Part shown: positions 32,881 to 40,519 of the stretch, piece after piece
Layout: every line of letters begins with the position of its first letter
How positions within the stretch are numbered: position 1 is the first letter of the stretch
DNA from: Candidatus Methylomirabilota bacterium
Lineage (GTDB): Bacteria; Methylomirabilota; Methylomirabilia; Rokubacteriales; CSP1-6
Direction: 5' to 3'
Assembly: GCA_046725765.1 (NCBI GenBank)
Contig: JBKOZH010000010.1
Span: forward strand, 1-43,387
Length of the DNA: 43,387 nucleotides
Position numbers and translations under genes: made by a program
The notes under the pieces: model-generated
Database searches by the model: none
The model's input: only the letters and a program-made list of their open reading frames with translations
Told to the model about the DNA's origin: nothing

Positions 32881-32958
32881 CGTCTTGAATCGCGGCGGGT
32901 AACGGAAAGTCTCCGTCGCCGTCAGCACGACGGTATCATGGGCGCTCCGGAGGCCGTG

Positions 32959-33744
32959 ATGAGTACCGACACATACGACTGGCAGGCGATCGTCGACGGG
33001 CTGAACCGTTATCTCCGTCTGCGCTCGATCCCGATCGGCATGAAGCTCTTCGAGACGGTCGAGGCGATGGAGGCGATCCCGAAGATCCGGCGCCCGAAGG
33101 CGCGGCACACCACTGACCAGATCGTTGCGCAAGCGAGACAGCTCGGCTGGACCGTCGGGATCACGATGGCCGACCTCATCGGCGCGCAGTGCGGCGCGGT
33201 CATCGGGCTGCATCCGCAAAATGAGGAGTGGCTCTCGGGCAACCGCATGGCAGGCGTCTGGTTCAAGACGCTCGAGGACGCCAGCGCGCATCAGCACGCG
33301 ATGGACTGCGTGCCGCACGGACGCTACCGCGCGATGGCCGTCGCGCCGCTCACGTCCGGTCGACTGAACCCGCCCGACATCTGCCTCATCTATGGCACGC
33401 CCGGGCAGATGATCCTGTTCATCAACGGCTTGCAGTGGAGCGGCTACCGCAAGATGGCGTTCACGTCCGTCGGCGAGTCGGCGTGCGCGGACTCGTGGGG
33501 CAAGGCGCTCAAGACCGGCGAGCCGGCGCTGACGATCCCGTGCTACGCCGAGCGCCGCTACGGCGGCGTCGCCGACGACGAACTGCTGATGGCGATCCCG
33601 CCGCGGTTCCTGCCGAAGGTCATCGAGGGGCTCGCCGCACTCGACCGCAACGGCCTGCGCTACCCTATTCCGCCGTACGGCATACAGGCCGACGCCGGCG
33701 CTGGACTCGCCGTCTCCTACGCGGACAAGGCACAGAAACCGTAG
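32959..33744 (+). CDS. DUF169-family protein (COG2043-like)
   Basis: Trimmed from the 316-aa track ORF to ATG 32959. Sequence MSTDTYDWQAIVDGLNRYLRLRSIPIGMKLFE...DLIGAQCGAVIGL...ICLIYGTPGQMILFINGLQW. The family call is from memory of the pattern. Confidence 0.6.
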   Translation: MSTDTYDWQAIVDGLNRYLRLRSIPIGMKLFETVEAMEAIPKIRRPKARHTTDQIVAQARQLGWTVGITMADLIGAQCGAVIGLHPQNEEWLSGNRMAGVWFKTLEDASAHQHAMDCVPHGRYRAMAVAPLTSGRLNPPDICLIYGTPGQMILFINGLQWSGYRKMAFTSVGESACADSWGKALKTGEPALTIPCYAERRYGGVADDELLMAIPPRFLPKVIEGLAALDRNGLRYPIPPYGIQADAGAGLAVSYADKAQKP

Positions 33745-33802
33745 CCTGGAAATCCGTCCTCACTGGCACACGCCTCGCACCACCGCGCGCAGGAGGTGTC
33801 GT

Positions 33803-34213
33803 ATGCCAGAGAAAGAGACGCTCGAGCGCGCGCGTCGTGATCGCCGCCAGGGCAAGGCGCCGTCGACCCAGGCCGGCGAGTTCGTGCGCGAGGAGATCCA
33901 CCACGTTCGCGAGGGCAAGCACGGCGCACGCTCGACCAAGCAGGCGATCGCCATCGGCCTGTCGAAGGCGCGCCGCGCCGGCGTCGATCTGCCGGCGCCG
34001 CGTAAGGGGCAGGCGTCTCGGCGCACACGCCAGAGCGCCAAGCGTGCGTTGCGCGCCGGTCGCCGCCACCGCAAGGTCTCGTCAAAGCGTTCGCGCGCCA
34101 CGCGCTCCGCGCTGAAGCGCGAGGGTCACCGCGCCGCATCGCGCGGGGCGCTGGCGCGGCAGGCGAAGACGGCGGCCCGCCGCCGCAAGGCTCCCGCGCG
34201 TCGCGCCGCCTGA
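33803..34213 (+). CDS. DUF6496-like small protein with a very basic Arg/Lys/Ala C-terminal tail
   Basis: 136 aa, SD AGGAGG upstream. MPEKETLERARRDRRQGKAPSTQAGEFVREEIHHVREGKHGARSTKQAIAIGLSKARRAGVDLP matches the conserved small-protein family. The last ~70 aa are an R/K/A-rich low-complexity tail. Confidence 0.65.
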   Translation: MPEKETLERARRDRRQGKAPSTQAGEFVREEIHHVREGKHGARSTKQAIAIGLSKARRAGVDLPAPRKGQASRRTRQSAKRALRAGRRHRKVSSKRSRATRSALKREGHRAASRGALARQAKTAARRRKAPARRAA

Positions 34214-34239
34214 GAGACGCGCCGGGACGGTTGCGGCCG

Positions 34240-34430
34240 CCATAGGTCATCTGTTACCGTTCCGGCGTTGTTCGCGCCCGGGCGCCCGGAGGGGCCCAGG
34301 GAAGGCGGTGTGAATCCGCCGCGACCCCGTCACTGTGATCGGGGACGAAACCCGCGAGAGCCACTGGCCGTGAGGCCGGGAAGGCGCGGGGAGTAGGACG
34401 ATCCGAAAGCCAGGAGACCTGCCCGCGCGC
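34240..34430 (+). promoter_or_regulatory. Cobalamin (adenosylcobalamin) riboswitch 1, upstream of cobU
   Basis: Core elements read directly: CAGGGAAGGCGGTGTGAATCCGCCGCGACCCCGTCACTGTGA, the B12 box AGCCACTGGCC...GGGAAGGCG, and the 3' AGCCAGGAGACCTGCC. The ends are approximate. The CGCGGGAGG SD upstream of GTG 34469 can pair with CCCGCG at 34422-34427. Confidence 0.85.
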
Positions 34431-34468
34431 GCACGTGTCTACTCCGGTCTTCGCGGGAGGACCCGGGC

Positions 34469-34996
34469 GTGGCTTCCACGACTCTCGTTCTTGGTGGCGC
34501 TCGCAGTGGCAAGAGCCGTTTCGCGCTCGAACGCCACGCGTCGACGACGCGCGTCGTCTTCGTGGCGACGGCGCTCGCCGACGACGCCGAGATGGCGGCG
34601 CGAATCGCGCAGCACCGCGCCGAGCGGCCGCCTCACTGGCGCACCGTCGAAGAGCCGTGCGAGCTCGTTCCGTGTCTGCGGGACGCGTGCGCCGCCGCCG
34701 ACGCGGTGATCGTCGACTGCCTGACGCTCTGGGTCTCCAATCTCATGCTGCGCGGCGAGCCGGACGAGCAGGTCTTCAAGCGGGCGGATGAGGTGGCCGC
34801 GCTGCTGGCGCTCCAGCCTGCCGACGTGACCGTGGTCTCGAACGAGGTCGGCCTCGGCGTGCACCCCGCTAGCGACGACGGCCGGCACTTTCGCGATCTG
34901 CTCGGCGGCGTCAACCAGCGCGTGGCGGCGGCCGTCGATCGGGTCGTGCTGATGGTCGCCGGTGTGCCGCTCCCCGTGAAGGACGCCCGCGCGTGA
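34469..34996 (+). CDS. cobU: Bifunctional adenosylcobinamide kinase / adenosylcobinamide-phosphate guanylyltransferase
   Basis: 175 aa, GTG start. P-loop LVLGGARSGKSRFAL. Also IAQHRAERPPHWRTVEEP, VIVDCLTLWVSNL and VVSNEVGLGVHP. Confidence 0.9.
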   Translation: MASTTLVLGGARSGKSRFALERHASTTRVVFVATALADDAEMAARIAQHRAERPPHWRTVEEPCELVPCLRDACAAADAVIVDCLTLWVSNLMLRGEPDEQVFKRADEVAALLALQPADVTVVSNEVGLGVHPASDDGRHFRDLLGGVNQRVAAAVDRVVLMVAGVPLPVKDARA

Positions 34997-36045
34997 CGAC
35001 TGTGCGCGCGCTGTGCGAGGCCATGCGTCGGCCGGCGCCGGAGGCCGCGGCGAGAGCGCAGCAGCAACTCGACATGCTGACGAAGCCGCCCGGCAGCCTC
35101 GGCCGTCTCGAGGAATTGGCCGCGCGGCTCGTCGCGTTGACCGGTGCGCCGCCGCGCGTGACGCATCCCGTCGTCTTCACGTTTGCGGGGGATCACGGTG
35201 TCGCGGCCGAAGGGGTGAGCGCCTACCCGCAATCGGTCACCGCGCAGATGGTGGACAACTTCGTGCGCGGCGGCGCCGCCGTCAACGTGCTCGCGCGCGA
35301 CTGCGGCGCCCGCGTCGTCGTCGCCGACTTCGGGGTCGCGAACCCGGTCGGCGGCGACGAGACGCTGGTCCGTTGCCCGCTCGGCGCCGGCACGGCGAAC
35401 ATCACGCGCGGTTCCGCGATGACGCGCGAGCAAGCGCAGGCCGCGATCGAGCAGGGCGCGCGGCTGGCGCTGGATGCGATCGACGCCGGTGCGGATCTCG
35501 TGGCGACCGGCGACATGGGCATCGCCAACACGACCGCGGCGAGCGCCATGACCGCGGCGCTCACCGGCGCCTCGGTCGAGTCGGTCACCGGACGCGGCAC
35601 GGGCGTCGACGACGAAGGCTGGCGCCGCAAAGTGCATGTCGTGCGACAGGCGCTGGCCGTGAACCGACCGGATCCACGCGATGGCCTCGACGTGCTCAGC
35701 AAAGTCGGAGGCTTCGAGATCGGGGGGCTCGTTGGCGTGATCCTGGCGGGCGCGGCGCGCCGCGTGCCGGTGGCGCTCGACGGCTTCATCACGGGCGCCG
35801 CCGCGCTCGTGGCCGCGACGCTTGCACCGCTGTCGGTTCACGCGATGTTCGCCTCGCACCGGTCGGCCGAGCCCGGGCACGCGCGTGCCCTCGAGCACCT
35901 GCGCCTCGTCCCGTACCTCGAACTCGGCCTGCGCTTGGGCGAGGGGACCGGCGCCTGCCTGTTCGTGCATCTCGCGCGGGCGGCCGCGCGCATCTACGCC
36001 GAGATGGCGACGTTCAAGTCCGCGGGTGTGGACGGCCCCGCGTGA
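34993..36045 (+). CDS. cobT: Nicotinate-nucleotide--dimethylbenzimidazole phosphoribosyltransferase
   Basis: 350 aa. LTKPPGSLGRLEELA, FAGDHGVAAEGVSAYPQSVTAQMVDNFVRGGAAVNVLA, GDMGIANTT, LSKVGGFEIGGLVG and LGLRLGEGTGA. The GTG overlaps the cobU stop. Confidence 0.93.
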   Translation: MTTVRALCEAMRRPAPEAAARAQQQLDMLTKPPGSLGRLEELAARLVALTGAPPRVTHPVVFTFAGDHGVAAEGVSAYPQSVTAQMVDNFVRGGAAVNVLARDCGARVVVADFGVANPVGGDETLVRCPLGAGTANITRGSAMTREQAQAAIEQGARLALDAIDAGADLVATGDMGIANTTAASAMTAALTGASVESVTGRGTGVDDEGWRRKVHVVRQALAVNRPDPRDGLDVLSKVGGFEIGGLVGVILAGAARRVPVALDGFITGAAALVAATLAPLSVHAMFASHRSAEPGHARALEHLRLVPYLELGLRLGEGTGACLFVHLARAAARIYAEMATFKSAGVDGPA

Positions 36046-37526
36046 GCCGCGCCGCGTGCCTCATGGTGCAGGGCACCGCGTCGGGCGTGGGCAAGAGCGT
36101 GCTCACGGCGGCACTGTGCCGCATCTTTGCGCGCGCGGGGTATCGCGTCGCGCCGTTCAAGGCGCAGAACATGTCGCTGAATGCCGCCGTCACCGCCGAT
36201 GGTGGCGAGATCGGCCGCGCCCAGGCGGCGCAGGCAGCGGCCGCCGGGGTCGAGCCCACCGTCGACATGAATCCGATCCTTCTCAAGCCAGAGACCGACC
36301 AGCGCTCGCAGGTCGTCGTGCGCGGCCGCGCGCGAGCCAGCCTCGACTGGCGCGGCTACAGCGACTACGCGCCGACGCTCTGGCCGGAGGTCATCGAGAG
36401 CCTGGAGCGGCTGCGCCACGCTCACGACGTGGTCGTGATCGAGGGCGCCGGCAGTCCCGCCGAGATCAATCTCGCGTACGACCTCGCCAACATGCGCGTG
36501 GCCGCGCTGGCCGACGCGCCGGTGCTGCTCGTCGGCGACATCGACCGCGGCGGCGTGTTCGCGGCGCTACTCGGCACGCTGGCGCTGCTCGCATCGAACG
36601 ACCGCGCGCGCGTTGCCGCGCTCGTCATCAACCGCTTCCGCGGTGACCCCGCGGTGCTGGCGCCGGGCCTCGAGCTGCTCGCGGCGCGTAGCGGGGCGCC
36701 CGTCCTCGGCGTCGTGCCGCATCTCGGCGCGGCGCCGCTGCCGGAAGAGGACTCTCTCGGCCTCGAAGGAACGCTCGGCGACGTTGGTGAGGCGCGCGTC
36801 GTCGTCGCCGTGCCCCGCCTGCCGCGCATCGCGAACTTCGACGACCTCGAGCCGCTCGCCGCCGAACCGGGCGTCCTTGTGCGCTTCGTCGCGCGGCCGG
36901 AGGCAATCCTCGACGCCGATGTCGTCGTGCTGCCCGGCAGCAAGACGACCGTCGCGGATCTGGACTGGCTGCGCGAGCGCGGGCTCGACGCGGCGATCGC
37001 CGACGCCGCGCGCGACGGCCGCATCGTCGTCGGCGTCTGTGGCGGCTACCAGATGCTCGGCGAGCGGCTCGACGATCCGGAGCACGTCGAGTCGGCGCGG
37101 GAAAGCGTCTCGGGGCTCGGGCTGTTACCCGTGGCGACGACGTTCGCGCGCGAGAAAAGGACGCGTCGCGCGCGCGCGCGCGTGCTGCCCGGCGGCCCGC
37201 TGCACGCCGCGGCGGGCGCTGCCGTCGATGCGTACGAGATCCACTGCGGGCGGACGACCGCGCACGGCGGCGCACCGGTTTTTGCGCTCGGCGATGACGC
37301 CACGCGCGGCGCTGACGGCGTGCCCGCCGTCGACGGCACGCGCGTGGGAACCGTTGTCGGCACGTACCTGCACGGCTGCTTTTCGAGCGGCGTGCTGCGG
37401 CGTGCGTTGCTGACCGCGGCCGCGACGCGGCGCCGTGTCACGCCCGACCCGCGCTGGGGCAGCGATGCGCTCGCCGATCGTTATGACCGATTGGCGGATC
37501 GCGTGGCGGCGGCGCTCGATCTCGAT
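36042..37526 (+). CDS. cobQ: Cobyric acid synthase (CobQ/CbiP); no stop codon of its own, and the reading frame continues uninterrupted into btuF to 38441
   Basis: It lies inside the 1142-aa track ORF (35013..38441). GTG 36042 overlaps the cobT stop (GTGA). LMVQGTASGVGKSVLTAALCRIFARAGYRVAPFKAQNMSLNA, IEGAGSPAEINL, and the GATase-1 domain VLPGSKTTVADLDWL...GVCGGYQMLG...GTYLHG. The end coordinate marks the domain boundary, not a stop. Confidence 0.85.
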
Positions 37527-38441
37527 ATGCTCGGCCGACTCGCGCGCCGGCCGCTCGTGGCGGTCCGCGCGGCAGCCATGCTCGTGATGCTGACGCTGGC
37601 GACGCCGGCGCACGCGCTCATGCTGCGCGACATGCTTGGGCGCGAGGTTACGCTGCCAGCGCCGCCGGCCCGCATCGTCTCGCTCGTGCCCAGCGTGACC
37701 GAGACGGCCTTCGCGCTCGGCGGCGAGGCGCGCCTGGTCGGCGTGAGCGACTTCTGCGACTGGCCGCCGGCCGCGCGCGCCAAGCCGCGCGTCGGCGGCA
37801 TGATCAATCCCGGCCTCGAGGCCATCGTCGCCCTGAAGCCCGACCTGGTCGTCGGCACCGACGAGGGCAACCGCGAGGAGACGTTCCTGCAGCTTCGACG
37901 GCTCGGGATCCCGGTCTACGTCGTCCACGCGCGCCGCGTGTCCGAGATGTACGAGCTGATTAACCGCGTCGGCGAGCTCACGGGGCGGCAGGACGGCGTC
38001 GCGGCGCTCGTGGGCGGCATTCAGCGGCGGATCGACGCGGTGCGTGCGAGCGTGCGCGCGCGGCCCACGCCGCGCGTCCTCTATGTCTTGTGGCCGGACC
38101 CGCTGCTCGTGCCAGGCCGCGACTCGCACCTGACCGAGATGATCGAGCTCGCGGGAGGCCGTTCCATCACCGCTGCGGAGCCGGTGAGCTACGTGCGCTT
38201 CAGCGTCGAGGCGGCTGTTGCGCGAGCGCCCGAGGTGATCGTGCTCGCCGATCACTCCAGCGGAGCCTCGACGGCCGGACGCGCGGCGCCGGAGAAGTGG
38301 CAGGCGCTCACCAGCGTGCCGGCGATCCGCGCGGGTCGGCTGTACTCGGTCGATCTGTCGATCCTGCATCGCTACGGACCACGGCTGGCCGAAGGCCTCG
38401 AGATCCTCGCGCGCATCATCCATCCCGAGGCGTTCCGGTGA
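37527..38441 (+). CDS. btuF: Periplasmic cobalamin-binding protein of ABC importer (BtuF-like), in frame with cobQ
   Basis: The internal ATG at 37527 opens a good signal peptide, MLGRLARRPLVAVRAAAMLVMLTLATPAHA. It is followed by RIVSLVPSVTETAFALGGEARLVGVSDFCDWP...KPDLVVG...WQALTSVPAIRAGRLY, a BtuF/periplasmic-binding-protein type 2 pattern. Confidence 0.8.
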   Translation: MLGRLARRPLVAVRAAAMLVMLTLATPAHALMLRDMLGREVTLPAPPARIVSLVPSVTETAFALGGEARLVGVSDFCDWPPAARAKPRVGGMINPGLEAIVALKPDLVVGTDEGNREETFLQLRRLGIPVYVVHARRVSEMYELINRVGELTGRQDGVAALVGGIQRRIDAVRASVRARPTPRVLYVLWPDPLLVPGRDSHLTEMIELAGGRSITAAEPVSYVRFSVEAAVARAPEVIVLADHSSGASTAGRAAPEKWQALTSVPAIRAGRLYSVDLSILHRYGPRLAEGLEILARIIHPEAFR

Positions 38442-39451
38442 GCGAGGCGAGGCGTCTTGCGATCGCGCTCGCCGCGCTCGGCACGATGCTGCTGCTCCTC
38501 GGCGTGGCCGCGCTCTTCGTGGGGAGCGCGGGCCTGTCGCCCGCCGCCGTCGCGCGCGCGCTCGCCGGACGCGCGGATGCGTCCTCGGTCGAAGCGATCG
38601 TGACGCTCAGTCTACGGCTGCCGCGCGTCGCCGCCGCCGTGCTCGCCGGCGCGGGTCTCGCCGTCGCCGGCGTCGGGTTTCAGGCACTCACGCGCAACCC
38701 GCTCGCCGAGCCGTCGGTGCTCGGCGTGTCCAGCGGCGCGGCCTTCGGCGTCGTGCTCGCACAGATTCTCGGGTTCGAGACGGGGCTCGTGGCCGCGCTC
38801 GGCCTGGCGGCGTTCGCGTTCGCCGGCGCACTGCTCGCGGCCATCATCGTCTATCTCGTCGCCAGCGCCCCCGGCGGGCTGGTGATCCAGTCGCTGCTGC
38901 TGGCGGGCGTCATCGTCGGCATCTTCTTCACCGCGGCGATCACGGTGATCATCTCCATCGTCGACTTCAATCGCCTGAGTGGCGTGATCCATTGGCTGCT
39001 CGGCAACCTCGCCCCGATCCCCGCGACGTCACTCGCGCTGTTCGCATTGCTCGCCGCCGCCGGCGTGGCCGTAATCGTCCGAAGCGCGCGCGAGCTCAAC
39101 ATCCTCGCCCTGGGTGAGGAGGCGGCGAGCCAGCTTGGGGTCGATGCCGAGCGCCTCAAGCGGCGTGTGTTCGCAGCCGCCGCGCTGCTCACCGGCACCG
39201 TCGTCGCGTTCGCGGGACCGATCGGCTTCGTCGGCCTCATCGTTCCGCACGTGCTGCGCGGCCTCGTGGGCCAGGACAATCGCCTGCTCGCGCCGGCGTC
39301 GGCGCTGGCGGGGGGCGCGTTCCTGCTCACCGCGGATACGCTGGCGCGCAACGTGGTCGCGCCGGCGGAGCTCTCGGTCGGCGTCATCACGGCATTTTGC
39401 GGCGCGCCGTTTTTCGTCTGGGTGCTGCGCGCGCGGAGCCGGCCGGCATGA
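38438..39451 (+). CDS. btuC: Cobalamin/siderophore ABC transporter permease (FecCD/BtuC family)
   Basis: This is the 3' 337 codons of the 453-aa track ORF. GTG 38438 overlaps the btuF stop (GTGA). LRLPRVAAAVLAGAGLAVAGVGFQALTRNPLAEPSVLGVSSGAA and GPIGFVGLIVPHVLR. Confidence 0.9.
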   Translation: MSEARRLAIALAALGTMLLLLGVAALFVGSAGLSPAAVARALAGRADASSVEAIVTLSLRLPRVAAAVLAGAGLAVAGVGFQALTRNPLAEPSVLGVSSGAAFGVVLAQILGFETGLVAALGLAAFAFAGALLAAIIVYLVASAPGGLVIQSLLLAGVIVGIFFTAAITVIISIVDFNRLSGVIHWLLGNLAPIPATSLALFALLAAAGVAVIVRSARELNILALGEEAASQLGVDAERLKRRVFAAAALLTGTVVAFAGPIGFVGLIVPHVLRGLVGQDNRLLAPASALAGGAFLLTADTLARNVVAPAELSVGVITAFCGAPFFVWVLRARSRPA

Positions 39452-40254
39452 GCGCCCTCGTCGAATTCGCGGACGTCGGGTTTTCCTACGCGAAGCCCGC
39501 GGCGCGCCGCGCGCGTGCCTTTGCGTTCGCGGGACTGTCGTTCGCCATCGAGCGCGGCGAGGTGTTCGGCGTGATCGGACCCAACAGCGCGGGCAAGACG
39601 TCGCTGCTGCGTCTGCTCACGCGCGTGCTGACGGCGCAGCGCGGAGAGATCCGCCTCGACGGCCGGCCGGTCGGGGCGTTGCGCCCGTGGGAGCTTGCGC
39701 GAGAGATCGCCGTGGTGCCGCAGGAGGCGCCGCGGCCGTTTCCGTTCACGGTTCGCGAGCTCGTGCTCATGGGTCGCTATCCGCACGCGCCGCAGCGCTT
39801 CTTTGAAGACGCGGCGGATGCGGCGGCGGCGCGCGCCGCGATGCTCGCGACGGACACGGTCGAGCTCGCACCGCTGCCGCTCGACGAGCTGTCGGGCGGC
39901 GAGCGCCAGCGCGCGCTGCTCGCCAAGGCACTCTCGCAGGAGCCGCGGCTGCTCGTCCTCGACGAGCCGACGGCCCATCTCGACCTGCGATATCAAGCCG
40001 AGACGGCGGCGCTGCTGCGGCGGCTGAACCGCGAGCGCGGTCTCACGATCCTGCTCGTGTCGCACGACCTGAATCTGGCCGCCGAGCTGTGCGATCGCCT
40101 GCTGCTCCTGCGCGCCGGCGAGATCGCCCGCGTCGGCGCCCCCGCCGACGTGCTCGAACAGAGGTTGCTCGAAGACGTATTCGGCTGTCGCGTGGTCGTG
40201 AACACAAGCCCGAGCGGACGTCCGAGCGTGCAGCTGACGTACGACAGGAGGTGA
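39448..40254 (+). CDS. btuD: Cobalamin/siderophore ABC transporter ATP-binding protein
   Basis: ATG 39448 overlaps the btuC stop (ATGA). Walker A GPNSAGKTSLL, signature LSGGERQRALLAKAL, Walker B LLVLDEPTAHLD, H-loop VSHDLN. Confidence 0.9.
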   Translation: MSALVEFADVGFSYAKPAARRARAFAFAGLSFAIERGEVFGVIGPNSAGKTSLLRLLTRVLTAQRGEIRLDGRPVGALRPWELAREIAVVPQEAPRPFPFTVRELVLMGRYPHAPQRFFEDAADAAAARAAMLATDTVELAPLPLDELSGGERQRALLAKALSQEPRLLVLDEPTAHLDLRYQAETAALLRRLNRERGLTILLVSHDLNLAAELCDRLLLLRAGEIARVGAPADVLEQRLLEDVFGCRVVVNTSPSGRPSVQLTYDRR

Positions 40255-40261
40255 GACGAGA

Positions 40262-40480
40262 AGTCGGTCGCGTGTGATGCGCTCCGGTGCGAGGGAAGCC
40301 GGTGAGAAGCCGGCACGGTCGCGCCACTGTGAGTGGGGAGCGCCGTCCTGGTCCCGCACGAGCGGGAGCCACTGTTGCATGCCGCTGCCGCAGGCAAAGC
40401 ACAAAGCACGCCTCGGATGTGGCCGGTAATGGGAAGGCATGGGCGGTCGCGGCGATCCACGAGTCAGGAAACCTGCCGGA
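40262..40480 (+). promoter_or_regulatory. Cobalamin riboswitch 2, upstream of btuB
   Basis: GCGAGGGAAGCCGGTGAGAAGCCGGCACGGTCGCGCCACTGTGAG, GGAGCCACTGTTG (B12 box), AATGGGAAGGCATGG, and the 3' AGTCAGGAAACCTGCCGG. It begins about 8 nt after the btuD stop. The ends are approximate. Confidence 0.85.
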
Positions 40481-40519
40481 GCCAGTCGTCCAACCCTTTC
40501 GCGACAAAAGGAGTGGCGC

